Sequence record: MW879341.1
Direction: 5' to 3' (one strand)
DNA: 64,000 nucleotides
Shown here piece by piece: positions 54,640 to 64,000 of the stretch (position 1 is the stretch's first letter; every line of letters begins with the position of its first letter). Made by a program: the position numbers and the translations under genes. The notes below the pieces were generated by a model. It was given only the letters and a program-made list of their open reading frames with translations. It was not told where the DNA came from and searched no databases.

Positions 54640-56080
54640 ACGCGTTATACTCACCGAGACCGGCACCTACAACGACGTATACAACCGTCCGCATACGACG
54701 ACTGTTAAAGGTGACACACTCAGCCGCATGCAGCGACTCACTGACTCTGGTACTAACTACAGCACTGATGCGCTGTCTGGTGTAGCGGGTGAACTGATGC
54801 GTCCGTCGGCTCACGTTGAATCAGCAGTGTTGATTCCAAACGGTTATGGTGAGGCCCGCTTCCGCTTCATGATGGAAGTTGAATGGCCTATGGTAGGTGG
54901 TAATACTCAGGTAGATGTTATCTGTGGTTATACTAACTATTGTGGTGTATCGCAGAACAGCAACAACATGGACCCTAACATGCTGTTGAATCTGAATAGC
55001 GTCACGAGCATCACCTCATACACTCGCCTGGATAGCATGAATCGTCCGTATCGTGATATTCACGTACGTGAGTCGAATCAGATCCTGACCAGTTATTTCA
55101 ATCCACAGCAACAGTACAACCAGTTCTATCTGGCACCACAAGACGTGTTCGATGGTATCACGCTGAACAACACGCTGGGTGGTCTGCAAGATGGTCGTAA
55201 CATCCGTACAGTAGATACTCGCGGTGCATCTATGGAAGCGCCACGACTGTCACGCCGTAGTAACAACCACGGTGGCTCGTACATGTCACGTACACTGAGT
55301 GCGTATCACACGGCATTGCAGAAAGCGTCTGTCTCTGATGACAACTACGCTAACGTAATGCGCAGTGCGAAAGCGGCAGTAGTCGATACCAATGCGTACG
55401 ACAACCTCAGTCTGTCTAATCTGTTGCACCACACCGACATGCAGTACACCCAGACTATCCGTTGGGCTGAACTGCTGCAAATCTGTCCAGACCTGGAGCA
55501 GCGTACTACCGTAGCATTCAACCGTGGTGCTCTGGTTCGTTCTCGTGGTCCAGGCGATGCATTGCCAACTCGTGGTGAAACTGAGCAGTGGGATACAGCA
55601 ACCAATGAAACGGTTGTTGCAACCATGATCGTTAACACCATTCCGACTCTGATGTCTGAAGCCAAGCTGACGCAGATTGCATTCAGTGCAACTAACCAGA
55701 CCATGGGGACTAACAACGGTACACCGTATGCAGTCACTGTGAACGATGCACGTAGTGTGTCTCAGATGTTGGAGATCCAATCGCCATACATGCAGGATAA
55801 CATCCATGCTATGGTGATGCGCATCGCTACTGAGTTGATGCCTGCTATCACATTCAACAACCAGATGGCTGCAACCATCACCTGTCGTTGTGATATCATG
55901 GGTAATACCCATATCGAAGTTTCACTTAACGGCGGTCCGTTGATTCCATACGACAACCCACAGTGGAGCGATTCAGCAAGCGCACCAGTTGTTACCATCA
56001 ATCAGGATAACCGTAAGACGCTGGCTCGTGATATCAGCAGCATCATGGAAAACCTGAACACCGAAAACTGGGCACAATAA
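54629..56080 (+). CDS. picA: PicA/Imp1-like nuclear import factor (phiKZ gp69-like)
   Basis: 483 aa; ETGTYNDVY.RP..T, IPNG..E.RFRFMMEV, GYT.Y.G; synteny after gp68-like gene. Confidence 0.65.
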   Translation: MLIKRVILTETGTYNDVYNRPHTTTVKGDTLSRMQRLTDSGTNYSTDALSGVAGELMRPSAHVESAVLIPNGYGEARFRFMMEVEWPMVGGNTQVDVICGYTNYCGVSQNSNNMDPNMLLNLNSVTSITSYTRLDSMNRPYRDIHVRESNQILTSYFNPQQQYNQFYLAPQDVFDGITLNNTLGGLQDGRNIRTVDTRGASMEAPRLSRRSNNHGGSYMSRTLSAYHTALQKASVSDDNYANVMRSAKAAVVDTNAYDNLSLSNLLHHTDMQYTQTIRWAELLQICPDLEQRTTVAFNRGALVRSRGPGDALPTRGETEQWDTATNETVVATMIVNTIPTLMSEAKLTQIAFSATNQTMGTNNGTPYAVTVNDARSVSQMLEIQSPYMQDNIHAMVMRIATELMPAITFNNQMAATITCRCDIMGNTHIEVSLNGGPLIPYDNPQWSDSASAPVVTINQDNRKTLARDISSIMENLNTENWAQ

Positions 56081-56089
56081 GGAAAGAGA

Positions 56090-57640
56090 ATGAACATTAA
56101 TGATAAGTTGTATCGGCCGTTCATCGCGTCCGCAGGTATGGTCGTGGACGACGAAGGCGTAATCCGCTACAAGGTGGGTGACGTGGCTGTGAACATCGCT
56201 TTCGATGGTAAGCCGATGGTACTGCCAACTGCTGAGCGACTGCGTGGTGGTGCACTGACTGGCTCAGTAGCATTCCATCCCTTGTCTGAGAACATCATTC
56301 GTGGTGAATCTCCAGTACTGCGTAAGCTGCGTACCGTTCTGGTAACTCGCCTGTCTAACGTTGCGTCGATGTTGATGCTGCGTATGGTAGAGATCGCGGT
56401 GGACGTTGACTATCAGTCTAAACTGAAAGCATCGGAAGCTGACTTCCTGACCACCCTGCCAAAAGCAGACGTCAAGCTGTTCAACACGATGGTGAAAATC
56501 GTCAACGCAATTACCCCGGATAAAGATTATCGCTTCCTGCGTATCTTCTTTAAACGCGGTGGGATGTATCAGGGTGACAAATACGCTCGCGTAGCAATCA
56601 CCACCTTCCCAATCGTAGATGCGCTGTTCGATGACAGTTCTGAACTGTTCGGCTGCAAGTTGCGTAAAACGGATAAGACTCAGCTGCAAGACCTGCTGAC
56701 CTTCCTGGTTCCAGATTCTAAAGAACCAACCGAAGCATACAACTGCGGTTCTAACTCTAAGACTGCACCGTACTTCGATGCACTGGTGGGTACGTTCGTT
56801 AAAGTGGCAACTGCACTGAACAAACACACCAAAGCGCTGAAGAAGCATCTCGAAGATTACGACGAACTGTATATCGATACCAGTTGGGTAGAGCAGTTGA
56901 AGAACCTGGACTCACTGAGTCTGGAGATTCCAGCCCTGCCAGGTAACGAAGGTGACGTCGGTATCGAAGAGAAACATCAGGTTGAACTGGAAGCTGCGAA
57001 CACTGCTGCTACCGCCGCGCCATCTGCACCAGTTACTGAAGCACGCGCCGCCATGCCTACTCGTCTGGGTGCTGGCTTTGCGAACGCGTTGGAAACTGGC
57101 CATGTAGGTAGTGTGGCTGATGCCGTAGTACCACGCGGAGCACCACCGGCAGCAGTGGCACCACAACCACAACCTACCACTGCACCACGTATGGCTGGTA
57201 TGCCTAACGGTCACGTAGCACCAGCCACTCACGTACCGCACTATGCACAGACAGCACAGGCACAAGCTCCAGCCGCAGCTGCTACTGAGACTGGTGGTAA
57301 ACTGTCATGGGATTCCGTAGTCGCTGCTAACCCGCCGCGTCAACCGGTTCAACCACAACCTCAGTACGGTGCTCCACAGCAACAGCCGCAGTATGGTTAT
57401 CCGCAGCAAGCTCCACAGCAGCCGCAATACGGGTATCCGCAACAGCAGCCGCAGCAACCTCAGTATGGCTATGGCCAACCGCAACAGCCACAGTACGGGT
57501 ATGGTCAACCTCAGCAACCTCAACAGGGTTACGGGTACGGCCAGCCACAAGGTCAAGGCTATGGTCGCCCACAAGGCAACGGTTACGGTTCTCCACAACT
57601 GTACCCAGACCAAGGTCGTAAAATGCCCAACTACGGGTAA
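56090..57640 (+). CDS. phiKZ gp70-like protein with Q/P/Y/G repeat tail
   Basis: FHPLSENI.RGESPV, KRGG...G.KY.R, IPAL.GN.G; low-complexity C-terminus. Confidence 0.7.
   Translation: MNINDKLYRPFIASAGMVVDDEGVIRYKVGDVAVNIAFDGKPMVLPTAERLRGGALTGSVAFHPLSENIIRGESPVLRKLRTVLVTRLSNVASMLMLRMVEIAVDVDYQSKLKASEADFLTTLPKADVKLFNTMVKIVNAITPDKDYRFLRIFFKRGGMYQGDKYARVAITTFPIVDALFDDSSELFGCKLRKTDKTQLQDLLTFLVPDSKEPTEAYNCGSNSKTAPYFDALVGTFVKVATALNKHTKALKKHLEDYDELYIDTSWVEQLKNLDSLSLEIPALPGNEGDVGIEEKHQVELEAANTAATAAPSAPVTEARAAMPTRLGAGFANALETGHVGSVADAVVPRGAPPAAVAPQPQPTTAPRMAGMPNGHVAPATHVPHYAQTAQAQAPAAAATETGGKLSWDSVVAANPPRQPVQPQPQYGAPQQQPQYGYPQQAPQQPQYGYPQQQPQQPQYGYGQPQQPQYGYGQPQQPQQGYGYGQPQGQGYGRPQGNGYGSPQLYPDQGRKMPNYG
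57350..57600 (+). repeat. imperfect tandem repeats encoding (QQ)PQYGY(G)
   Basis: repeated PQYG/QQPQYGY units in the translation; DNA copies diverged at third positions. Confidence 0.75.
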
Positions 57641-57650
57641 GTAGAGTAAC

Positions 57651-57690
57651 GGCATAATAGGCAGGGGTAATTCCCTGCCTTTATGTTCTT
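57651..57690. terminator. bidirectional hairpin between convergent genes
   Basis: GGCATAA-T-AGGCAGGG-GTAATT-CCCTGCCT-TTATGTT. Confidence 0.8.
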
Positions 57691-57699
57691 TCTTTTTTC

Positions 57700-58044
57700 T
57701 TATCCAGTCCGATACTGGTTTGAGAATATCGCGGAGAGACTCTGGATGGCAGTATACGATGGAATCATGATCGTCGTTTTAAGACCATCGTACTCTTCGG
57801 TGGACATCAGATCATTACAACGTAGATAGATCCAACGAAGGTGCTCGGGGATATCGAGGTAACGTAACATACCGTAGAAGTCAAAACGCCACCGCCATGC
57901 TTCGGCTGGAGTAAGGTCTCGCCAGTCAGTGCCGTCGGCATTCTGTAAATAAATACGGTGTTCCTCTATCATACGACGAAAGTCTTCATCGTAGAAAATA
58001 CTATCACCCTGATCTTCTCTCAACGAGGTAATTGATAATGCCAT
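57700..58044 (-). CDS. conserved phiKZ-like small protein
   Basis: GGAGG SD on minus strand; A.RWRFDFYGML..L.IP...WI.LR.N; syntenic before beta gene. Confidence 0.7.
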   Translation of the reverse strand: MALSITSLREDQGDSIFYDEDFRRMIEEHRIYLQNADGTDWRDLTPAEAWRWRFDFYGMLRYLDIPEHLRWIYLRCNDLMSTEEYDGLKTTIMIPSYTAIQSLSAIFSNQYRTG

Positions 58045-58066
58045 AAACCCTCCTAACCTCTTTAGT

Positions 58067-58090
58067 TTTTGAGATACATATTATTAAAAG
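58067..58090 (+). promoter_or_regulatory. early promoter motif (variant)
   Basis: TTTTGAGATACATATTATTAAAAG. Confidence 0.6.
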
Positions 58091-58120
58091 AGAGTGGCTG
58101 TAAGTAGTGTGGAATAAGGA

Positions 58121-60265
58121 GTGAAAGTGGAATTACACAGTGATCTTTTCGGTATCGAGAATATCTACGGAAAGACTAACCAGTTGCACGTCATGAACTT
58201 GGGCATGGGTGCTAACTTGAACAGTTGGGCAGGTAATGACTCAGCGTCTCGCGCGCAGATGTTTACTAGCCATCTGGCTCAGGTTCCGGTTATTGCTAAT
58301 CCGAGTATTCGTCGTACCTTGACTGGTACTGAACGTGAGTATGGACATTACACGTTTAAGCAGCGTATTACAGAAGAAGGTTTGTTCTATCGTATTCTGG
58401 ATAAATACCCACTGCATCAGTTCCGCACCAACCCGCAGAAATTAGCGGTCTATCGTGCAACCGGTCATGGTCATAACACAGCCTATTATGGTGTGGTTGA
58501 CATCTCGACCTATAACATCCGACATCAGTACTTTGGGTTCATGTTTAAACCTAAAGGAAACAACCTGAACCACGTTCGTGAAAACGAACCAGCGGTAGAA
58601 GGTATGGTAATCTCCCAATCGCCATCTATTGACGAGCAGGGTAACCACCGTATGGGTGTCTCCAGTAACATGCTCTATATGTCATTGCATACAACGATTG
58701 AGGACGGGGTATTTGCAAGACGTAAATGGTTGGAGCGTTTCAAGTCCACAGGCATTGAAGGTCGTACAGCAATTACAGGCGATCGTTGCTACCTGATTAA
58801 CCTTTATGGTGACGACGTACATTATCGTGGTCATCCTGAGTTGGGTGGTAAGATTGCACAACACGGTATCGCGATGGCAGTTCGTGATTTCGATCCGTTG
58901 TTAGCTGTAGTTGAGATGACGCCAGAAGCACTGCGTGAACCAGACTTCGTTTTCGATAAACTGATCTATGGTAAGCCAGGCGCTGAACTCATCGACATTA
59001 CCGTGTATCATGACCACAATCTTGATCGCGTTAATAATGAAGAGAAAACCCCCGTTGGGATTGACCAGCAGTCTAAGCGCTATTATGAGGCACTGCACTC
59101 CCAGCAGATGAAGTTGATTTCACTCTATGAAGAACTCAAGCGTAAGCATGGGGACTCTCTGGTGTTGGAGCCTAACTTCCACCGTATGATTACGTGGGCG
59201 TATGCATTCACGAATCACAGTACGGTACAGCAACCACAAGGCAGTCGTGTAAACTTAACTTATCGTAGAGCGCCCGTTGGGGACTTCCGCACCGATCTGG
59301 TGTTCAAGTATGACATTATGCCGTCGGTAGGTTCTAAAGTCACCACAATGCATGGAGGCAAAGGCGTCGTAGTACGTATTGGTGAAGACCACGAAATGCC
59401 ACAGTGGGAAGACGGTACCATTGCAGACTTGGTGATGGATAATGACTCCAACATCAAACGTATGAACTTAGGTGGTGTATTTGAGCAAGCAACGAATGCT
59501 TTCTCTCGACAGGTAACTAAGTTAGTGCGTAATGTGATGTCCGATGCCACACTGATTCAAGCTCAGCGTTACGAACAGGCTTATGCTATCCTCGAAGAGT
59601 ATTACAGCATCGGCAGTCCGTTAATGCATGAGTTCATGAATCGCACCATGACAGAACCCCAACGCCGTGTGGGTCACGTCGACGCCGTAGTGAAGGATGG
59701 TATCTATCTCTGGTTACCACCGAACACGGAAGATATTGGTGCTGTATTGATTGACCGGTTAGAACGTCGTTATGGTCTGGAGATGCACCCAGTGCGTTAT
59801 CTGGATTCTCGCGGTGAGTACGTTTGGACCAAGCAGAAGATGTTGATTGCGGAAACGTATATCATCATGCTTGAGAAGAATGGCTTTGACTGGAGTAGTG
59901 TAGCGTCACCAAAACGCCAGCACTATGGTATCCTTGCCCGTATGACTAATATGGACAAGCACTCCACTCCGGGTCGTGAGAACGCGGTACGTAGTACGGG
60001 TGAAGCAGAGATTCGTCTGTTGTTGGCACTGCTGCCAGATTATATTGTGGCAGATATCCTCGACCGTCCGAATAACCCTGCGGCACACAAAGCAGAAGTC
60101 CGTGCTATTATCGGCGCAGCTAACCCAGCACAGATCGACATGGCGGTTGACCGTCGTAAGATCCCACTGGGTGGTAACCGTGCAATCCAATTCATTCGCC
60201 ACGTCATGTGGTGTTGTGGTATCGCACTGTCTCGTATGAAATCTAAAGTTGGGGGTAAACGGTAA
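58121..60265 (+). CDS. nvRNAP beta subunit, C-terminal part (phiKZ gp71-73-like), uninterrupted
   Basis: SASRAQM..SH, GSKVT.MHGGKGVV, KRMNLG, YIIMLEK, RSTGEAE.RL; GTG start. Confidence 0.9.
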   Translation: MKVELHSDLFGIENIYGKTNQLHVMNLGMGANLNSWAGNDSASRAQMFTSHLAQVPVIANPSIRRTLTGTEREYGHYTFKQRITEEGLFYRILDKYPLHQFRTNPQKLAVYRATGHGHNTAYYGVVDISTYNIRHQYFGFMFKPKGNNLNHVRENEPAVEGMVISQSPSIDEQGNHRMGVSSNMLYMSLHTTIEDGVFARRKWLERFKSTGIEGRTAITGDRCYLINLYGDDVHYRGHPELGGKIAQHGIAMAVRDFDPLLAVVEMTPEALREPDFVFDKLIYGKPGAELIDITVYHDHNLDRVNNEEKTPVGIDQQSKRYYEALHSQQMKLISLYEELKRKHGDSLVLEPNFHRMITWAYAFTNHSTVQQPQGSRVNLTYRRAPVGDFRTDLVFKYDIMPSVGSKVTTMHGGKGVVVRIGEDHEMPQWEDGTIADLVMDNDSNIKRMNLGGVFEQATNAFSRQVTKLVRNVMSDATLIQAQRYEQAYAILEEYYSIGSPLMHEFMNRTMTEPQRRVGHVDAVVKDGIYLWLPPNTEDIGAVLIDRLERRYGLEMHPVRYLDSRGEYVWTKQKMLIAETYIIMLEKNGFDWSSVASPKRQHYGILARMTNMDKHSTPGRENAVRSTGEAEIRLLLALLPDYIVADILDRPNNPAAHKAEVRAIIGAANPAQIDMAVDRRKIPLGGNRAIQFIRHVMWCCGIALSRMKSKVGGKR

Positions 60266-62232
60266 TGGTGGCAGTTGCAGTCAATGCGATTAATGCGAGA
60301 GAGATCCTCTCGCAGCCCATCGATCATCTGTGGGAAGTCTACAATCGACCTAAGTGTAAAATCGCCGTAGCGTTTGATAACGGCGTGGTTGAGACAACCG
60401 CAAGGGAACTACTGTTCTCTCAATACTTCTGGGAGTTCCACCGCCAGTATCCAGAAACACCTTTATTGGTGGAGCACATGATGGACCCTAAGCGTCGTCT
60501 GAATAAGAAGACGTCTCTGGAACTCATCGGTGCAGCTTTCTGGTCGGTCTGGGATCGTTACGGTGGACAGGTATCGTTAGACACGCTCCAACGCATGAGT
60601 TATGAAATCACCAACCGGGTATACAATGACATTGTTCTGCGTATGTCTGAGTATGTGACCAGTATCTCTGCGAAAGACTTCATTGATGTATTGCGACATC
60701 CTGAACTGATTGAAGCATTGGCTAAAGCCGTGCCTACTCAGAACAGTATCGCAAACGTGGGTCGTACGGTTCAAGAGATCTTGACACGCGAAGGTGAGTT
60801 GGTAGGTAACCGACCTGCCGAGTCTGCTAAGTCTGGATTGGTATCAGCGGGACAACAGAACCAGATCTTTGGTCTTCGTGGTTTCGTAACAGATATCGAT
60901 TCTAACGTATTCCCAACACCAATGATGACTAACTACGCATTGGGCATGCATCGTCTGTACGACTATGCTATCGAATCGCGTTCAGCGTCTAAAGCTCTGT
61001 TCTTTGCAAAAGATCCACTTGCAGACGTTGAGTACCTGAACCGTCAGCTTCAGCTGCTGGCACAGACTCTGAAACATCTGTTCAAAGGCGATTGTGGTTC
61101 AACCATGATGCTCCCTCTGACAATCAATACGTCGAGTGAGTTGAAGACCTACGCTGGTAAGTACTATTACGGCGAAGGTAATGAACTGTATCGCATTACC
61201 CCAGAAGATAAACATCTGGTTGGTAAGTCGGTGTTGGTACGTTCACCGATGGGTTGTCGATGCTTACCTCACCAGGGTGTGTGTCAAGCCTGTCTGGGTG
61301 AGATCTCCTTGCAGATTCCTGATGGTGGTAACTTAGGTCACCTGTCTGTCATTGAGCTCTGTTCTGGTGTATCTCAGAACGTACTGTCTACCAAACACCT
61401 TGATGGTAGTTCTACCATTGAGAAATTCCACATCGCCGATGGTGATCGTGCATTCTTATCAGCCGGCAAAGCTGATCATTTGATTGCACTGACGGAATCT
61501 CTGAAAGCTAAACATGCTGTGTTGACTGTACCGCAGTCTGCTGCATTTAACCTGACAGAGCTGCACCACGTACGTGACTTGACTGTACTGCCAATCACTC
61601 GTGTATCTGACATCGAATTCGTAACAGTAACCTGTGACGACATTAACGGTGAACGTGTCACGATGCCATTGTCTGTAGCTATTGGTTCTCGTCACTCTAG
61701 TTTCACCACGCCATTCCTTGCCTATATTAAACGTGTAGGTTGGGTAGCCACAGAAGACCGTGGTTATGAGATTGATCTCAGTGGTTGGGACTTCAGTAAA
61801 CCTGTCTTTGAGTTGCCGCTGAAGAACATCAACACGATGGAGTTCATGTCAGAAGTTGCAGACATCATCAAGTTCAAACGCCTGCGTCGTCGTCGTACGA
61901 AGCGTGCTAAAGAAATGGCAATGTCTGAAATTGAATTGGCTGCACTGGTGGTGGAACTGCACGATACCGTTAACAAACGTTTCGAGTATAACATCGCTCA
62001 CTGTGAACTGATTCTGGCACTGTGTCTGATTCGTGATGCTAAGTCTGGTGATTTCCGATTCCCGGCACCAGATGAACCTCGTGAGTTCGCACCCTTCAAA
62101 GAGTTGATGTCTAACCGCAGTATGGGTCAGGCTTATGCCTTTGAGAAACACGGACAAGTTATCCTGAATATCGATAGCTTCTTCAACCCACAAAGGCCAT
62201 CCCACCCTATGGACCGTATTTACGTACCGTAA
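60265..62232 (+). CDS. nvRNAP beta-prime C-terminal subunit (phiKZ gp74-like)
   Basis: GDCGS, RSPMGC..GVCQACLG Zn site, SQNVLSTKH; TAATG coupling. Confidence 0.9.
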   Translation: MVAVAVNAINAREILSQPIDHLWEVYNRPKCKIAVAFDNGVVETTARELLFSQYFWEFHRQYPETPLLVEHMMDPKRRLNKKTSLELIGAAFWSVWDRYGGQVSLDTLQRMSYEITNRVYNDIVLRMSEYVTSISAKDFIDVLRHPELIEALAKAVPTQNSIANVGRTVQEILTREGELVGNRPAESAKSGLVSAGQQNQIFGLRGFVTDIDSNVFPTPMMTNYALGMHRLYDYAIESRSASKALFFAKDPLADVEYLNRQLQLLAQTLKHLFKGDCGSTMMLPLTINTSSELKTYAGKYYYGEGNELYRITPEDKHLVGKSVLVRSPMGCRCLPHQGVCQACLGEISLQIPDGGNLGHLSVIELCSGVSQNVLSTKHLDGSSTIEKFHIADGDRAFLSAGKADHLIALTESLKAKHAVLTVPQSAAFNLTELHHVRDLTVLPITRVSDIEFVTVTCDDINGERVTMPLSVAIGSRHSSFTTPFLAYIKRVGWVATEDRGYEIDLSGWDFSKPVFELPLKNINTMEFMSEVADIIKFKRLRRRRTKRAKEMAMSEIELAALVVELHDTVNKRFEYNIAHCELILALCLIRDAKSGDFRFPAPDEPREFAPFKELMSNRSMGQAYAFEKHGQVILNIDSFFNPQRPSHPMDRIYVP

Positions 62233-62251
62233 GGGTAAATAGTATGTTGAT

Positions 62252-62270
62252 GGGGACTTCGGTCCCCTTA
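62252..62270 (+). terminator. UUCG hairpin
   Basis: GGGGAC-TTCG-GTCCCC-TTA. Confidence 0.65.
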
Positions 62271-62289
62271 GTACTGCTATGGAGGCTGT

Positions 62290-63831
62290 ATGGCCATAAT
62301 GACCTTAGAGATCTACGGACAGAGTATTAAAGTGCTCTCCAAAGATAACTACGGTATTGCGTGCGCGCTTGAGTTTTGTCGTAGCATGATAAAGTACAAG
62401 ATGGAAAACGTGGTAGACACCAGTCGACCCGGATATCATGCCCAGATGGTGCGTGTGCCTGACTGTACCTATGCAGCTTCGCCGCTCAACCGAGCATTCT
62501 TTTGTATTCACATTGGACAGAGACAGGAGTTTCTTGCTTACCTGCAACGCTGTGGTATTCCGCAGGACCAGATAAAGATTGTAGAAGTCCCTAAGTATAA
62601 GGCTACACCGGCCAAGTTGAAGATGAAAGATTTCTGGGTGGATAAACCACACCAGACGCCAATCATCGAATACGTAATTGATGGTGAGTCTTTGAAGATC
62701 CTACCCGTTCAGACAGGTGGGGGAAAGACGTATATGGCATTGAAAGCCGCCAGTATCTTTGGTGAGCGATTCATGCTTGTTACGCGCGGTGGTTATATTG
62801 ATAAGTGGATTGAAGACGTTAAGAAAACGTACGATATCGACGACTCAAGAATCATCGTTATCAAAGGCGAGAAAGCCTTGATGCGGGCAATCGAACTTGC
62901 TAAGGCTGGCGATTTCGATTACGACGTACTGTTAGTATCGACCGGTGGGTTAGCCGACTATATCAAACACTACGAGCAGTATCTAGGAACAGAACTGGGC
63001 GACCTGTATCTGGACCCTCGTGCGCTCGGTATGTTGTTTGGTGTTGGCCTGCGTATCGTGGATGAAGCTCACCAGATGCTTCACATGTACTATCGCATCG
63101 ACTTGTACAGCCACTTCAACAAAGTGTTGTTCTTGTCAGCGACCATCATCGGTAACGATGCTATGGAGAAACGTATCCACGAGATTATCTACCCTACAGC
63201 GAAACGCTATACTGGGGCAGAGTGGAAGTGTTACATTGTGGCAACTGCATTACGCTACAATCTGAACGAACCACACAAAGCACGCTTCAAAGACCACCGG
63301 AAGAACTATTCGCATGTAGTGTATGAACAGTACCTCATGCGTAATAAGGAGAAGCTCAAGAACTACCTGAATATGGTGGGGAACTTAGCCTACGACTTCT
63401 TTAAGAATCGTAAGCCGGGTCAAAAGTATCTGATCTTTGCTTCAACCGTTGACATGTGTAATGTGATGGTTGCAGATTTAAAGAAACGATTCCCTCATCT
63501 TAAAGTGGGTCGCTACGTTGCCGAGGATAACCTTGAGGATATCTACGAATACGATTTAACAGTGACTACTCCGGGTTCAGGTGGTACGGGCATCGACATC
63601 CCAGATCTGGCAGCAGCCCTCGCTACGTCGAGTGTCAGTTCAGGGAAGTTGAACATCCAGATGCTTGGTCGTCTGCGTGAACTCAAGAACTACCCGGGTG
63701 AGTTCCCAGAGTATCAGTATCTGGTCTGCTCCGACATTCCTAAGCAGGTTGAGTACCATAAACAAAAGTACGAACTGTTCCAAGGAAAAGTAAAAACGCA
63801 TCGGGAACAAATGACCGGCGCGTCAGTGTAA
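62290..63831 (+). CDS. SF2 (UvsW/RAD25-like) helicase (phiKZ gp75-like)
   Basis: QTGGGKT, DEAH, LSAT, GTGIDIPDL, QMLGRLR. Confidence 0.9.
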   Translation: MAIMTLEIYGQSIKVLSKDNYGIACALEFCRSMIKYKMENVVDTSRPGYHAQMVRVPDCTYAASPLNRAFFCIHIGQRQEFLAYLQRCGIPQDQIKIVEVPKYKATPAKLKMKDFWVDKPHQTPIIEYVIDGESLKILPVQTGGGKTYMALKAASIFGERFMLVTRGGYIDKWIEDVKKTYDIDDSRIIVIKGEKALMRAIELAKAGDFDYDVLLVSTGGLADYIKHYEQYLGTELGDLYLDPRALGMLFGVGLRIVDEAHQMLHMYYRIDLYSHFNKVLFLSATIIGNDAMEKRIHEIIYPTAKRYTGAEWKCYIVATALRYNLNEPHKARFKDHRKNYSHVVYEQYLMRNKEKLKNYLNMVGNLAYDFFKNRKPGQKYLIFASTVDMCNVMVADLKKRFPHLKVGRYVAEDNLEDIYEYDLTVTTPGSGGTGIDIPDLAAALATSSVSSGKLNIQMLGRLRELKNYPGEFPEYQYLVCSDIPKQVEYHKQKYELFQGKVKTHREQMTGASV

Positions 63832-63835
63832 TAGA

Positions 63836-63872
63836 GCCCACTCCGTCCTGTCCGGCGGAGTGGGTATTTATG
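63836..63872 (+). terminator. intrinsic terminator
   Basis: GCCCACTCCGTC...GGCGGAGTGGGT-ATTTATG. Confidence 0.75.
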
Positions 63873-63894
63873 TCTTTAATAAGGAAATACAGTT

Positions 63895-64000
63895 ATGTCA
63901 GATTTAATGAAAAGCATTACACGTCTTTGCAACAAACAGAACTTAGACAAGCGCCTGAAGAAGATCGATCCGTACGATTCCACACTAAGCTCTGAAGATA
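63895..64000 (+). CDS. partial CDS running off the window
   Basis: AAGGA SD, MSDLMKSITRL... Confidence 0.55.
   Translation, partial: MSDLMKSITRLCNKQNLDKRLKKIDPYDSTLSSED

Noticed and set aside
35147-63831. Inteins in DNAP, RNAP subunits or helicase; intron in the beta gene
   Set aside because: Lengths look ordinary, no intein splice motifs or LAGLIDADG blocks were seen, and 58121-60265 is continuous.
1-64000. CRISPR array or mini-array
   Set aside because: No regularly spaced direct repeats; the recurring GGAC-TTCG-GTCC elements are dispersed hairpins at gene ends.
1-64000. Stop-codon reassignment
   Set aside because: Core genes are intact in the standard code, and TAA, TGA and TAG all end genes at sensible positions.

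Overview
This window is a segment of a phiKZ-like, nucleus-forming jumbo phage genome (Chimalliviridae). The host cannot be fixed from sequence alone. Almost all genes are on the + strand. About 1-31 kb is an accessory region of mostly unknown small genes, with a few recognisable enzymes: an Ntn/proteasome-beta-like peptidase, a T4 gp57B/Acb1-like 2H phosphoesterase, thymidine kinase, HAD and HD phosphohydrolases, XRE-HTH proteins, a transglutaminase/papain-triad protein, DUF1281- and DUF488-like proteins and a macrodomain. About 31-64 kb is the conserved core block: a 9-gene operon, family B DNA polymerase, chimallin, the nvRNAP beta-prime N-terminal subunit, SbcD/Mre11, a ChmC-like protein, gp68-like, PicA/Imp1-like and gp70-like proteins, nvRNAP beta and beta-prime C-terminal subunits, and an SF2 helicase. 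The beta-prime gene is split inside its NADFDG/D catalytic motif by a 1376-nt group I intron (42189-43564) carrying an HNH endonuclease; the splice sites, P1, P7, P10 and the ORF-closing stem can be read directly. Eight copies of an early-promoter motif and many UUCG/GNRA hairpins ending in TTTATG are visible. Best leads: the host-SSB-like GQN linker and DIPF tail on a duplicated-domain protein, the Acb1-like anti-CBASS enzyme, a candidate structured early ncRNA at about 25.2-25.5 kb, C-GNA-G DNA mini-hairpin regions, and no PhuZ at its usual position. No database searches were run; family calls come from motifs and synteny recalled from memory.
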